DNA from: Patescibacteria group bacterium
GTDB taxonomy: Bacteria; Patescibacteriota; Gracilibacteria; UBA4473
NCBI GenBank assembly: GCA_965660445.1
Contig: CBFIAK010000001.1
Span: 128,001 to 192,000, forward strand
Direction of reading: 5' to 3'
DNA length: 64,000 nt
Below the pieces are notes generated by a model that did no database searches, was not told where the DNA came from, and saw only the letters and a program-made list of their open reading frames with translations. Of this stretch, positions 22,277-32,425 are shown one piece after another (within the stretch, counting starts at the first letter, position 1; each line of letters opens with the position of its first letter). A program made the translations under genes and the position numbers.

Positions 22277-22390
22277 AAAGACCGTTGGTATAAAAATAAA
22301 TCCAACCGAGACAGAAATATCCATTTTTGGTACAAAAAGAAAAATATTCTCTTTTGTCTCCAATCGTTTCTGTTTTTGAAAAAGGTCTTT
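22277..22390 (+). ncRNA. L10 (rplJ) leader, autoregulatory RNA
   Basis: AAGACCGTTGG...TAAATCCAACCGAG...GGTCTT kink-turn-like leader upstream of rplJ. Confidence 0.7.
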
Positions 22391-22425
22391 ACACAGACTT
22401 TTTTTTTATTTCCTAACCCTTTCTC

Positions 22426-22971
22426 ATGGCCATTACAAAAAGCAAGAAAGCAGAGCAACTCGCAGAACTAGAAGCACAATTCAAGTCTGCACAAGGGATT
22501 GCATTTGCTGAATGCACTCGGTTAACGGTTGATGAGGCACAATCGGTTCGTCGAGAACTGCGAGAAAAGGGCATGACTTATAAGGTCATCAAAAAAACTC
22601 TTATTGCTTTAGCAGCAAAAAATACAGGAGTTGCTGAATTCTCGGTAGACGACTTATCAGGATCAGTATCAGTTATTGTGTCATCATCAGATGAAATTGC
22701 ACCCGCAGCAGCGATTAAAAAATTCAAAAAAGATTTTTTTAACAAAGCGACAAAGGAATCCAAAATGGATTTTGCTGGATGTATTTTCAATGGGATGTTT
22801 CAAAACGCAGCACAAACAGCTGTTATCGCAGAAACTCCAACTCGAGAAGAATCTCTTGGTAGAATTGTTGGAATGCTCAAGAGTGGACCTCAAAAAATTC
22901 ATGGAGTTCTCAATTCAGGATTCCGAAAACTCCACAATGTGTTGGAGAACGCAGAAAAATTTGCGTCTTAG
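22426..22971 (+). CDS. rplJ: 50S ribosomal protein L10
   Basis: MAITKSKK, RRELRE, KVIKKTL, TPTREE. Confidence 0.95.
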   Translation: MAITKSKKAEQLAELEAQFKSAQGIAFAECTRLTVDEAQSVRRELREKGMTYKVIKKTLIALAAKNTGVAEFSVDDLSGSVSVIVSSSDEIAPAAAIKKFKKDFFNKATKESKMDFAGCIFNGMFQNAAQTAVIAETPTREESLGRIVGMLKSGPQKIHGVLNSGFRKLHNVLENAEKFAS

Positions 22972-23001
22972 TTTTCTTTTATTTTTTAATTTATTTTTAT
23001 C

Positions 23002-23388
23002 ATGTCAGATACAGAAGTAACTCTTTCAAAAAACGAACAATCGGTTGTTGATGCAATCGAAAAACTAACCGTTGTTGAAGCAAACAACGTAGCAAAATAC
23101 TTTGAAGAAAAGTATGGTATTACCGCAGCTGCACCAGTAGCTGTTGCTGCAGCTCCTGCTGCAGAAGAAGCAGAAGAAAAAACATCATTTAATGTCGTAC
23201 TTAAAGACTGTGGATCTCAAAAAATTGCTGTTATTAAAGTTGTACGAGAAGTAACAGGGCTCGGACTTGCAGAAGCAAAACAACTAGCAGAAGACGGTGG
23301 AAACATTAAAGAAAATGTTAAAAAAGAAGAAGCAGAAGAATTGAAGAAAAAATTCGAAGAAGCGGGTGCAAAAATCGAGTTAGCGTAA
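23002..23388 (+). CDS. rplL: 50S ribosomal protein L7/L12
   Basis: [28 protein letters not shown]. Confidence 0.97.
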   Translation: MSDTEVTLSKNEQSVVDAIEKLTVVEANNVAKYFEEKYGITAAAPVAVAAAPAAEEAEEKTSFNVVLKDCGSQKIAVIKVVREVTGLGLAEAKQLAEDGGNIKENVKKEEAEELKKKFEEAGAKIELA

Positions 23389-23403
23389 GAAAACAACTCA
23401 TAC

Positions 23404-23433
23404 AAAAAAAAGGCGATGATTCGCCTTTTTTTT
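23404..23433 (+). terminator. rplJL terminator
   Basis: A8-GGCGA-TGAT-TCGCC-T8. Confidence 0.85.
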
Positions 23434-23485
23434 GTACTCATAGAAAGAGAAGACTTTCTTTCAAAAAAGAATACAATGCAAATAT

Positions 23486-24778
23486 ATGCGATTTAGTATA
23501 CAATACGGTAGTGTTTTATTAGCTCTTTCTGCACTTGTTTCCAAGGGGCTAGGGCTTTATCGTGATCGATTATTTTTGACACTGTTTGAATCACCTGAAA
23601 CGGTCGATCTTATTTTTGCAAGTTTTCGTATTCCTGATTTTTTCTTTTTCTTATTGATTGCGGGGACTGTTTCAACCCTCCTTATCCCACGCGTACACAA
23701 TCTTGAAAAAACCGAAAAAACTCTTTTTGTGTCTAGCTTTTTTTGGGGTATTCTCGTTTTTTTCGGAGCAATCTGCGCATTAGGTGTAGTATTCACACCT
23801 TTCTTTATTCGAATATTTGCTGGTGGGTTTGAGTCCTCTCTTCAGTCACAGATGATACCACTATCGAGGTTTCTATTTGGGTCTGTATTTATCCTTAGTA
23901 TTTCATCTGTTTTTGCTGCATTTCATCAATACAAGAAACAGTTTGCAATACTCGCCCTTGCCCCTGTTTTATATACCGCAACGCTCTGCGGAGGACTTCT
24001 TCTTTTTCAAACACAATACGGACTCACAACTGTTGGAATAAGTGCATTATGTGGTGCTTTGTTTCATGCATTCATAAACATTGGACTCTATGTATACAAT
24101 GGTGAAAAAATAAAACTCTGCTGGAAAAAACCATCATCATCATGGCAATCGTTTCGAAAAGATTTTCTCTTTCGAGTACTCAATAATTCAGGGTTTCAGA
24201 TAAACCAATCGATTGATATTTTAATTGCTTCTTTTTTGATGATGGGGAGTGTAACTGCTTTTTCACTTGGAACAAATACCGGTATGGTATTACTCTCTAT
24301 TGTCGGACTCCCCATTGCAAATGCAACATTCCCCTATCTTACTGATGCAAGTTCTGATACAGAAAAACAACGAAAAATTGTTATTCAAACACTCAAGCAA
24401 GTTTTAATAATTGCTATTCCTGCGTCACTTATTGGTATTTTTATTGGAAAACCATTGCTTGCTTGGGCGTATAATATTGAAAACATAATGCTTACACAAA
24501 CCTATACTGTGTTTTTTTGGACGGTATTATCACTTCCCTTCGCATGTATGATTCCCACTCTTTCTCGAGTATTCCTCGCCAATAATGACACCAAAACTCC
24601 ACTCATTGTCACTTCTCTATCATTAGCAGCAGCAACGCTTGTGGTGCTTATCTCCGTTTTTATAATTTTACCAGAAGAAAGGGCTATTTTAGGACTCGCT
24701 CTTGGGAATTTAACCGCTAACACATTATCTGCCCTTCTTTTTATAAGCCTTATTTTTCGATCTCCACGTAGAACATGA
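23486..24778 (+). CDS. murJ: Lipid II flippase MurJ/MviN
   Basis: SKGLGLYRD, ASFRIPDF, NDTKTP; multi-TM. Confidence 0.85.
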   Translation: MRFSIQYGSVLLALSALVSKGLGLYRDRLFLTLFESPETVDLIFASFRIPDFFFFLLIAGTVSTLLIPRVHNLEKTEKTLFVSSFFWGILVFFGAICALGVVFTPFFIRIFAGGFESSLQSQMIPLSRFLFGSVFILSISSVFAAFHQYKKQFAILALAPVLYTATLCGGLLLFQTQYGLTTVGISALCGALFHAFINIGLYVYNGEKIKLCWKKPSSSWQSFRKDFLFRVLNNSGFQINQSIDILIASFLMMGSVTAFSLGTNTGMVLLSIVGLPIANATFPYLTDASSDTEKQRKIVIQTLKQVLIIAIPASLIGIFIGKPLLAWAYNIENIMLTQTYTVFFWTVLSLPFACMIPTLSRVFLANNDTKTPLIVTSLSLAAATLVVLISVFIILPEERAILGLALGNLTANTLSALLFISLIFRSPRRT

Positions 24779-25650
24779 CATATACCAAACGCATTACCAT
24801 TACAGAGTCTTTACACGGTCAACGTATTGATTCGATCGCACAAACTATCATTCCTCATATCTCTCGCAATCAATGGAAAAAAAATGGTGAATTTTTCCTG
24901 AACAATGAAAAAAAAGACCCAAAAACAAAAACAAAACGAACTGAAATATGGGATATTGTGTACAAAGAACCACCTATTGAACATTTAATCCCTTGGAATC
25001 ACCCGTTAGTTATATTACAAGAGTCTGAATCATGGATTGCTATTGAGAAACCACATGGTATTTCTGTGCATCCTTCAGTATCTGATCCTTCTCCTCATAC
25101 AATTGTCAATGCTCTTATTCATCAATGGACATCTTTATCAGAGGTAGGAGGTATAGAACGCCCTGGTATTGTCCATCGACTCGATAAAGGTACTTCTGGT
25201 GTTTTATTAGTCGCAAAAACAAATAAAACACATCGGTTTTTGCAAGAACATTGGGGAGAAGTGATAAAAATATATCACGCACATACCAATGGAGTTCCTC
25301 CACTTAAAGGAAAAATAGAGTCAGGAATACAACGAAGTCATCAAAACCGTCAAAAGATGAAAGCGAGTGACGACCCAACAGCGAAACAAGCTATAACTCA
25401 TTTTGAACGTTTATCAACACAGAAAAACAGGTCTCATCTTCGTATTCAAATTCCCACAGGACGAACTCATCAAATACGAGTTCATTTAAGTGAAATTGGG
25501 TTTCCTATTGTAGGAGACGAAAAATACGGTGGAGAACCATTTGAACGCATGATGCTGCACGCATACAGTATTTCATTTCCCGATCCTGATAAAAAAGGAG
25601 CGACTACAACCGTAATCGCCCCCCTCCCTCATATGTTTACATCTGTTTAA
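24775..25650 (+). CDS. rluD: RluA/RluD-family pseudouridine synthase
   Basis: KPHGISVHP, RPGIVHRLDKGTSG, TGRTHQIRVH. Confidence 0.88.
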   Translation: MTYTKRITITESLHGQRIDSIAQTIIPHISRNQWKKNGEFFLNNEKKDPKTKTKRTEIWDIVYKEPPIEHLIPWNHPLVILQESESWIAIEKPHGISVHPSVSDPSPHTIVNALIHQWTSLSEVGGIERPGIVHRLDKGTSGVLLVAKTNKTHRFLQEHWGEVIKIYHAHTNGVPPLKGKIESGIQRSHQNRQKMKASDDPTAKQAITHFERLSTQKNRSHLRIQIPTGRTHQIRVHLSEIGFPIVGDEKYGGEPFERMMLHAYSISFPDPDKKGATTTVIAPLPHMFTSV

Positions 25651-25684
25651 AAAAACATGTATAGACCCACTCAAGAAGTATTAT

Positions 25685-27640
25685 TTAAAGAATAACAATC
25701 TCCAACGCTGGTTCTTTCTTAAATTTCTGAATTAAAAGTTTCTGAGCAACAGTGGTCAACATATGTTCCATATCTTTTATTGATTTTTCTTTCGAATAGT
25801 GTGGTTCAAAACTTTTTTTAAGTTCTGATTTTAAGAGTGAAAAAATCTCGTGGTTCATACCCATATACACAAACCCTCGAGTACGAATATCGATTGATTT
25901 TATTGTTCCATTCGTATGATGAATCATACACAAGAGAACCCCATCATTTGACATTTGTTTTCTATCAGCCATTACATGTTCACCAATTGGATCATGCAAA
26001 TCAATCATGATAATACCCGTTGGCACTTTTTCTTTATCGCTCATCAGTCGAGCTCCATTTTTATTTAAGACAATACCTCGACCATTTTTCATAATGAAAG
26101 CATGTTCTGGATTAAAGCCAAGCTCTTTGACGACTAAATCTTTATGAGCATACCGCATATAAAGTTCTCCATGAATAGGAGCGAAATATTTCGGGTTTAT
26201 AAGTGTAGTAAAGAGTTTTAATTCTTCACGATGACCGTGACCTGAAACATACACATCAAGCTCTTTTTTATCAATGATGCGACACCCTATTTCAGCAAGA
26301 TTATTTAACACCGACACAATAGCAATTTCGTTTCCTGGAATAGGTGAAGAAGAAAACACAATAGAATCATCTTTATTTAATTGGACATCTTTATGTATTC
26401 CGGCAGCCATACGAGTCAAAGCCGCAAGTTCTTCCCCTTGTGATCCAGTAGAAAGAATCATAATTTTGTCTGGTGGAAGTGTTGACACTTTTCGAGACAT
26501 ACGTTGAATCGTTTTATCTTTGCATTTCAAGTAGTTCAATTTTCGAGCGATCGCAATATTACGCTCCATTGATCGTCCAGAAAAGAAAACCGTTCGCCCA
26601 TGTCGTTCCGCCGATTCTATGAGTCGTGCAATACGACCAATTGTACTGGCAAAAGTAGTAATAATAAGTCGTCCTTTTGTTTGTGAAACAACATTATCAA
26701 GTGTTTTTTGAATCACAGATTCTGAAAGCGTGTGTCCAGGACGTATCGCATTGGTTGAATCCACCATAGCCAGAGCGACTCCTTTTTTTCCAATACTCGC
26801 AATGCGATGAAGATCTGCTGGCATTTCATCAGAAGGATTATGATCGATTTTGAAATCTGCAGAATGCACAATTGCACCATAAGGAGTATGAAGTACGACC
26901 CCAAGACACTCTGGAATCGAATGGTTTACATGAAAAAATTCACATTCAAATCGTCCAAGTTTTATTTTAGAACGAGGTGTTATTTCAATAAGTTTTAGTT
27001 TTTTTGTATCAACATGTTCTTCGCTATTAGCAACAATAAGCTCGTTTGTAAGACGCGACCCATACAATGGAGGAAAGCCCAGAGATTGTATTAAATATCC
27101 TACTCCACCAATATGATCAAGGTGTCCATGAGTAAAAATAACACCTCGTATTTTTTTCTTATTTTTCAGAAGGTATTCAATATTAGGAACAAGAATATCA
27201 ACACCTAAGTGTTCTGCTGAAGGGAAAAGTGTTCCCATATCGATAATAATAATATCATCGCCCCATTCTACGAACATCATATTAAACCCAACCTGCTCCA
27301 TCCCACCCAAAGGAACAACTCGAATATCACCAGCATTTTGTGGCAACAAGAACTGTGTGGGATGGGTAGATGCTTTTTTTGCTATTGTAGGTCTTCCGAC
27401 CGTTGGATCATGTGTTGTGCTATAAGGAGGATGTGTTTTTCCTTTTTGTGGAGGTCTTTTCTTATTTCTCGATGTATTATGAGATAAAGACTGATTTGAT
27501 GAAGTTTGTTTTGCTCCATCATTGCTTTTTGATGGTTCTGCTGTATGAGAGTCTTTTTTTGGTGATGAAGGAAGTTGAGTGTTTGATAATTTTTGAAGAA
27601 ACGTATCAAGTTTTTTCTTATCAGGTGTTGAATTGTCCAT
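25685..27640 (-). CDS. rnj: Ribonuclease J with a ~100-aa low-complexity N-terminal extension
   Basis: PLGG, THGHLDHIGG, NHSIP, DSTN, TGSQGE, SGH, PIHGE. Confidence 0.95.
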   Translation of the reverse strand: MDNSTPDKKKLDTFLQKLSNTQLPSSPKKDSHTAEPSKSNDGAKQTSSNQSLSHNTSRNKKRPPQKGKTHPPYSTTHDPTVGRPTIAKKASTHPTQFLLPQNAGDIRVVPLGGMEQVGFNMMFVEWGDDIIIIDMGTLFPSAEHLGVDILVPNIEYLLKNKKKIRGVIFTHGHLDHIGGVGYLIQSLGFPPLYGSRLTNELIVANSEEHVDTKKLKLIEITPRSKIKLGRFECEFFHVNHSIPECLGVVLHTPYGAIVHSADFKIDHNPSDEMPADLHRIASIGKKGVALAMVDSTNAIRPGHTLSESVIQKTLDNVVSQTKGRLIITTFASTIGRIARLIESAERHGRTVFFSGRSMERNIAIARKLNYLKCKDKTIQRMSRKVSTLPPDKIMILSTGSQGEELAALTRMAAGIHKDVQLNKDDSIVFSSSPIPGNEIAIVSVLNNLAEIGCRIIDKKELDVYVSGHGHREELKLFTTLINPKYFAPIHGELYMRYAHKDLVVKELGFNPEHAFIMKNGRGIVLNKNGARLMSDKEKVPTGIIMIDLHDPIGEHVMADRKQMSNDGVLLCMIHHTNGTIKSIDIRTRGFVYMGMNHEIFSLLKSELKKSFEPHYSKEKSIKDMEHMLTTVAQKLLIQKFKKEPALEIVIL

Positions 27641-27883
27641 AACAAATAAAAATAAAATATAAAAAGATCTTTTGTGAATAGAAACCCAGTTCCTCTTTTT
27701 ATGCGAGAAACTTTTCCTCTAACTGAAACAAAAGAACAAATGAGTGCACGGTACAAAATTGTATGTGCTGAGCCTGAAAATATTTTCAAAAGCTCAAATC
27801 TTGTCAATTATACGAAAAAAAAAGCAAAAGTAAAGAAAAACACCGAGCCTTGTCAAAAACAAAAACAAAAGTATTGTGTATCT

Positions 27884-28612
27884 ATGCATACTTATTCTTT
27901 GTGGAAACAAGGAGTGTTGATGAAAGAAAGTCGTGATTTACACGCGCTCACACACGAAGCACGAATAGAATCAAAACAATATCCTGACGAGTATTTTTTA
28001 TTAAAAGATGCTGGATATTTTCCATTGTTTGATTTTCATTACATACATCACAAAAATGTTGATGAAGCTTTGTTGCTCTGTATTGAATATCACAAAGAAC
28101 AAAAACGCAAAGGAGATCTGCGTCCTTACATTGAACATCCTTTACGGGTTGCGTATTTAACAAGTCAAATGACTCATGATCCCGATACTATTGCTGCTGC
28201 CCTTGGACATGATTTACTAGAAGACACTCTTTGTGATGAAAACACTATTGTGCAAAGATGCAATGCTCTGGTACTCATAATTATTCAGTCTGTTTCGGAA
28301 GAAAAAGATGTCCCTGATTGGAAGGAAAGAAAAATACGATATATCCATCGTGTTGATACGAGTATCACACAGGCACATTTTGTGTGTTTAGCAGACAAAA
28401 TTGCAAATATGGAGTCATTACAAACACAGTATCATCTTCATGGTGATTCAATTTGGAATCATTTTAATAAAAAAGATGATACGAAAACAAAAAAAGCATG
28501 GTTTGAACGAAGCGTGCTCAAAATGCTACACAAAAAAACACACATATCAAACCAATGGCTCGATAGATATGAAAATCTCATTAAAGAAGTTTATAATGAA
28601 GAAGTGTCTTGA
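27884..28612 (+). CDS. HD-domain protein (small alarmone hydrolase/MESH1-like) with an extra N-terminal domain
   Basis: H..QKRKG..PYIEHP, AALGHDLLEDT, LADKIAN; start trimmed to ATG 27884. Confidence 0.82.
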   Translation: MHTYSLWKQGVLMKESRDLHALTHEARIESKQYPDEYFLLKDAGYFPLFDFHYIHHKNVDEALLLCIEYHKEQKRKGDLRPYIEHPLRVAYLTSQMTHDPDTIAAALGHDLLEDTLCDENTIVQRCNALVLIIIQSVSEEKDVPDWKERKIRYIHRVDTSITQAHFVCLADKIANMESLQTQYHLHGDSIWNHFNKKDDTKTKKAWFERSVLKMLHKKTHISNQWLDRYENLIKEVYNEEVS

Positions 28613-29310
28613 TCGTGCTCAATTAAGAGGTATTGACGAATAGGGTTGAGAACAATATTAATCAGTAATGCAAACAAAAGTACGCCAAAAAAACGAGTGG
28701 TGATGATAATAAGTTCTCCAGCAATGGTTTGAGGGATAGCCTGGTAAACGCCGCCTAAAAGAACTTTCATAGACCACAGTAATGCCACTGGAATATTTGA
28801 AAACTCTGGACGAAACCCTTCAGCCAACCACATGCCAGTAGCAGAAAACAGCGCAACCGCTAAAAACAGCGTTGCGTATATTTCAAGTGTTAAGAAAAAC
28901 AATTCATGAGAATCTGATTTTTTATGTTTTATTTCCATTAGCTTCATAACACGCAAAACACGCAGGAACCGAAGAATTCGTAGTCCTCTCAGGCTTTTTA
29001 AAAATGTTAAATTTCCAAGTCCTAGATATGTAGGAATAATGGCAATAAGGTCAATAAACCCAAAAAACGAGAAAATATACCGAAACGGTTTTTTGTGTCC
29101 CACAATGCGACCTACATACTCAAGCGTAAAAACAAGAGTGATAATAAGTTCTACTACTCGAAACAATGGAGCATATTGTTTTAATCCAGATACTGTTTCA
29201 CACAGAAGAAGGAGTAATGAGAGAATAATAACGCCAGACAAAAACCGATTAACACACACAAAAAGTGGAGACCGAGAAGCATAAAAAATTGTCTGGAAAA
29301 ACAAACGCAT
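28591..29310 (-). CDS. Voltage-gated 6TM ion channel (Ion_trans family)
   Basis: FTLEY..R, IDLIAIIP, S4 LRGLRILRFLRVLR; start trimmed to MRLFF. Confidence 0.85.
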   Translation of the reverse strand: MRLFFQTIFYASRSPLFVCVNRFLSGVIILSLLLLLCETVSGLKQYAPLFRVVELIITLVFTLEYVGRIVGHKKPFRYIFSFFGFIDLIAIIPTYLGLGNLTFLKSLRGLRILRFLRVLRVMKLMEIKHKKSDSHELFFLTLEIYATLFLAVALFSATGMWLAEGFRPEFSNIPVALLWSMKVLLGGVYQAIPQTIAGELIIITTRFFGVLLFALLINIVLNPIRQYLLIEHDQDTSSL

Positions 29311-29386
29311 CGCTTCATTATAACAAAAAAAGAGAAATAATTCAAGTCTGTTTGGCAAGGAAGAAGAGTCGCTATACAATAAAGAT

Positions 29387-30775
29387 ATGATACTCAAAAA
29401 CTATATATTTCGTGCATACGATATTCGAGGAGAAGCATTTATTGATTTTGATGCTGATGGATTTTTTCAAATTGCAAGAGCGTTTGCACAGCACATACAG
29501 GAAAAACACGCAAATTCAACGCCTCGCATTTTTGTATCAGGAGATGCAAGAACATCAATGGCATCGTTGTATCCATGGGTTATTTCTGGTTTGAAACACG
29601 AAGGCGCTCATGTCACTTTTGGTGGCAATATTCCTACACCCATGAATTATTTTATGCGTTATGAAGGTGCGTTTGATGCTATTATTCAAATATCGGCATC
29701 ACACAATCCTCCAAAAGATAATGGACTCAAAATGAAAGATGTTTTTGGACCTATTTGTGGAGACGAAATTCAAGAAATATACAACCGAGTACAAACACTT
29801 GATGAAATAAAAAAACCAATTGCACAATCGCCAGACACGGTTATCTCAGAATCTCAAATCGTATCTGCGTATAAAAAAAAATTACACAGCATACTCCCTT
29901 CTCTGCAATCAAAAAAAATAGAAATTGATTGTGGAAACTCAATTCCTGGAATATTCTATCCAGACCTCTTTAGAGAATTTGGACAAAAAGTTGGTGAGAT
30001 TTATTGTGATTTAGATACTCGTTTCCCAAATCATCAACCAGACCCAGAACGAGCTGAAAATGTTGCTGATTTGATAGCACACATGAAAACAGAATCCGCT
30101 GATTTTGGATTCGCTTTTGATGGTGATGGAGATCGAATAGGTATTATTTTATCCGATGGAACTCGACTTTCTGCTGATAAAATTCTCTATATTCTCTCGA
30201 TTGATTTTTTAAGTCGAAACCCAAAAGGGTCTATTGTTGTGGATGCAATGTGTTCAAACACACTTATTGAAAACATAAAAACCAAAGGTGGAATGGTTCA
30301 TGTTTCTCGGACAGGACATGCTTATATTCATGAAACCATGAAACGCACTGGTTCTTTGTTTGGAGGAGAACAATCAGGACATTTCATGTTTGGAGAAAAT
30401 TTTTATGGACACGATGATGCATTACTTGCTGGTTTACGGTTTTTACAAGCCGTTGAGTCACATCCTCATATTCTGAGCGAAGTCACAACTCAGTGGAAAA
30501 AAATGCATGAATTTTCAGAAAAAATAACGGTTGATGACGCACATAAGTTTGAGATTTTACAACGTGTATCAACACAATTGTCACAAAAATATCCAGATGC
30601 ACTCACAACCGATGGTATTCGTATATCGTTTTCTGATTACGAATGGGCTATTGTACGATGTTCTAACACAACACCAAAAATAAATATTCGTATTGAAACC
30701 GAAACTGTTTCTGAGCTTGAACGACGAAAAGAAGAGTTATTATCGCTGATAGAAAAAGAAATAAAATCTGTTTAG
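29387..30775 (+). CDS. Phosphomannomutase/phosphoglucomutase
   Basis: IFRAYDIRG, SASHNP, FDGDGDR, GEQSGH. Confidence 0.93.
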   Translation: MILKNYIFRAYDIRGEAFIDFDADGFFQIARAFAQHIQEKHANSTPRIFVSGDARTSMASLYPWVISGLKHEGAHVTFGGNIPTPMNYFMRYEGAFDAIIQISASHNPPKDNGLKMKDVFGPICGDEIQEIYNRVQTLDEIKKPIAQSPDTVISESQIVSAYKKKLHSILPSLQSKKIEIDCGNSIPGIFYPDLFREFGQKVGEIYCDLDTRFPNHQPDPERAENVADLIAHMKTESADFGFAFDGDGDRIGIILSDGTRLSADKILYILSIDFLSRNPKGSIVVDAMCSNTLIENIKTKGGMVHVSRTGHAYIHETMKRTGSLFGGEQSGHFMFGENFYGHDDALLAGLRFLQAVESHPHILSEVTTQWKKMHEFSEKITVDDAHKFEILQRVSTQLSQKYPDALTTDGIRISFSDYEWAIVRCSNTTPKINIRIETETVSELERRKEELLSLIEKEIKSV

Positions 30776-31218
30776 GGCATATTTTTTATAGGCACAAACC
30801 CAGCATCAATCGCTTCTTGTTTTGAGTTAAAAAATCGTCGATCAGAAGGATGAGTTCCTCTTGCATAATAGGAATCTGAAGGATAGAACTTCATTGTCTT
30901 TTTGTTTCCAGTATACAAAAACTGTGAAAACTGAAGATCTTCAGGTGTAAATATCTGAGATAATGGAATTTTCAAGGATCGTGTTTGTGGGTCTGGTTCT
31001 CGAAATTGATCATCGCCCCACACAAAACGGACATTCCCAAAAACAGACATCTGCAATAGGTCTCCTGATATTGATTGAATATCAATCACACTTATTTCAT
31101 GATGCGGTTCTCTTTTTTCCCATTGTACATCTGGTAACGGAGCAATAGAACGCCCAATAAAGACACCCAATAAAAGGGCACAAACAAATATAAGTGATAC
31201 CTGTATTTTATGATTCAT
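30772..31218 (-). CDS. Membrane-anchored protein with a C-terminal Ada-metal-binding-like domain
   Basis: N-terminal TM; YTGNKKTMKFY...RRFFNSKQEAIDAGF. Confidence 0.6.
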   Translation of the reverse strand: MNHKIQVSLIFVCALLLGVFIGRSIAPLPDVQWEKREPHHEISVIDIQSISGDLLQMSVFGNVRFVWGDDQFREPDPQTRSLKIPLSQIFTPEDLQFSQFLYTGNKKTMKFYPSDSYYARGTHPSDRRFFNSKQEAIDAGFVPIKNMP

Positions 31219-32323
31219 AAAAACTATACAAAGAATCTACTGATCGAACAACCCCTTTAATTTGTAAGAACGTAAGTGTTGCATTGACCGTATGCGATGG
31301 CATATTTGTTGCACGAGTAATATCATCACACGATTGTGATGAGTTTTGTTTCAAGTAATCAAGAATTGTTTTTTCGGTATCAGAAAAGGGAAGAGAGAAT
31401 CTTTCTTTTTTTTCAGAAGAAAACAGTGATAGTTGTGGTTTATAACCAAATATATCAATTATTTGTTGCGCTTTGTATACAGCTGTTGCTTCCCCTTTGG
31501 CAATAATTTGATGACACCCTTGTGATTGAGCGGAAAAGAGAGACCCTGGAACGGCAAAGACTTCTCTATTTTCTTCAAGAGCGAGTCGAGCGGTTATGAG
31601 ACTTCCTGATTTTTCACGAGCTTCAACCACCAATGTTGCTGAAGAAAGACTCGCCACAATACGGTTTCGTGCTGGAAAATGGTGTGGAAGAGCTGGGGTA
31701 TGAGGGAAATACTCTGAAACAAAAAGCCCTATTTGTGTTTCGAGTAGTTGGCGGGCAAACATTTCGTTTTGGCGTGGATAGATGGTATCGAGTCCATTCC
31801 CTAAAACACAGATAGTACGGGCATTGTTTTGAAACGCTCGTTGATGGGCATAGGTGTCAGTGCCTAAAGCAAACCCAGACACAATAGAGAGTGAAGAAGG
31901 AAGTGTTTCAAAGAATGTATCGAGCACTTGTTTTCCGTATGAGGTAATTGATCGAGATCCAACGATAGAGAGTGTGGTATCAGACAAAATATCAATATTT
32001 CCTTTATAAAAAAGACACACAGGTGGATCTGAAGATTCTGCGAGTAATGCAGGATACTGTGGATCAGAGAGAATAAGTGTTTGTATGTCATATTTTTGAA
32101 GCGTATCGAATATCTCAAAAGGAGATATGTTTTTTCTTTGAGCCAAAAATATTTCGATTGGTTTTGGAATTGATGAAAATAATGATAAAAACTTTTTTTC
32201 AGATGCTCCAAAAACTGATTTCCAGTCACCATCAAAAGCGGTGTTTAGCAACTCAAATAATGGTTTTTTTAAAGGACAGAGAGAATGAAACGCGAGAAAA
32301 AATGGAAGATTTGATGCAATCAT
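31208..32323 (-). CDS. dprA: DNA-processing protein DprA
   Basis: YP.LL...DPP..LF.KG, SIVGSR, VSGFALGTD, FPARNRI, SGSLITA, C-terminal wHTH; start trimmed to MIASN. Confidence 0.93.
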   Translation of the reverse strand: MIASNLPFFLAFHSLCPLKKPLFELLNTAFDGDWKSVFGASEKKFLSLFSSIPKPIEIFLAQRKNISPFEIFDTLQKYDIQTLILSDPQYPALLAESSDPPVCLFYKGNIDILSDTTLSIVGSRSITSYGKQVLDTFFETLPSSLSIVSGFALGTDTYAHQRAFQNNARTICVLGNGLDTIYPRQNEMFARQLLETQIGLFVSEYFPHTPALPHHFPARNRIVASLSSATLVVEAREKSGSLITARLALEENREVFAVPGSLFSAQSQGCHQIIAKGEATAVYKAQQIIDIFGYKPQLSLFSSEKKERFSLPFSDTEKTILDYLKQNSSQSCDDITRATNMPSHTVNATLTFLQIKGVVRSVDSLYSFYES

Positions 32324-32362
32324 CAAAAAAAGTATGCCAAAAGCTCTCTGAAAAAACAAATA

Positions 32363-32399
32363 GAAAAAAAACCCTCTCTTATGAAAGAGAGAGGGTTTT
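32363..32399 (-). terminator. Terminator after orphan paralog 1
   Basis: AAAACCCTCTCT...AGAGAGGGTTTT hairpin with a T run on the minus strand. Confidence 0.75.
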
Positions 32400-32425
32400 C
32401 GGAGGAGAGAAAACGAAGCCGAAGC

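Noticed and set aside
27674-27883. Track's N-terminal extension of the HD protein (similar extensions at 918, 1303, 7640, 18951, 29397, 36764, 54100)
   Set aside because: These run through promoters, UTRs or neighbouring genes; downstream ATGs fit promoter spacing and family length better.
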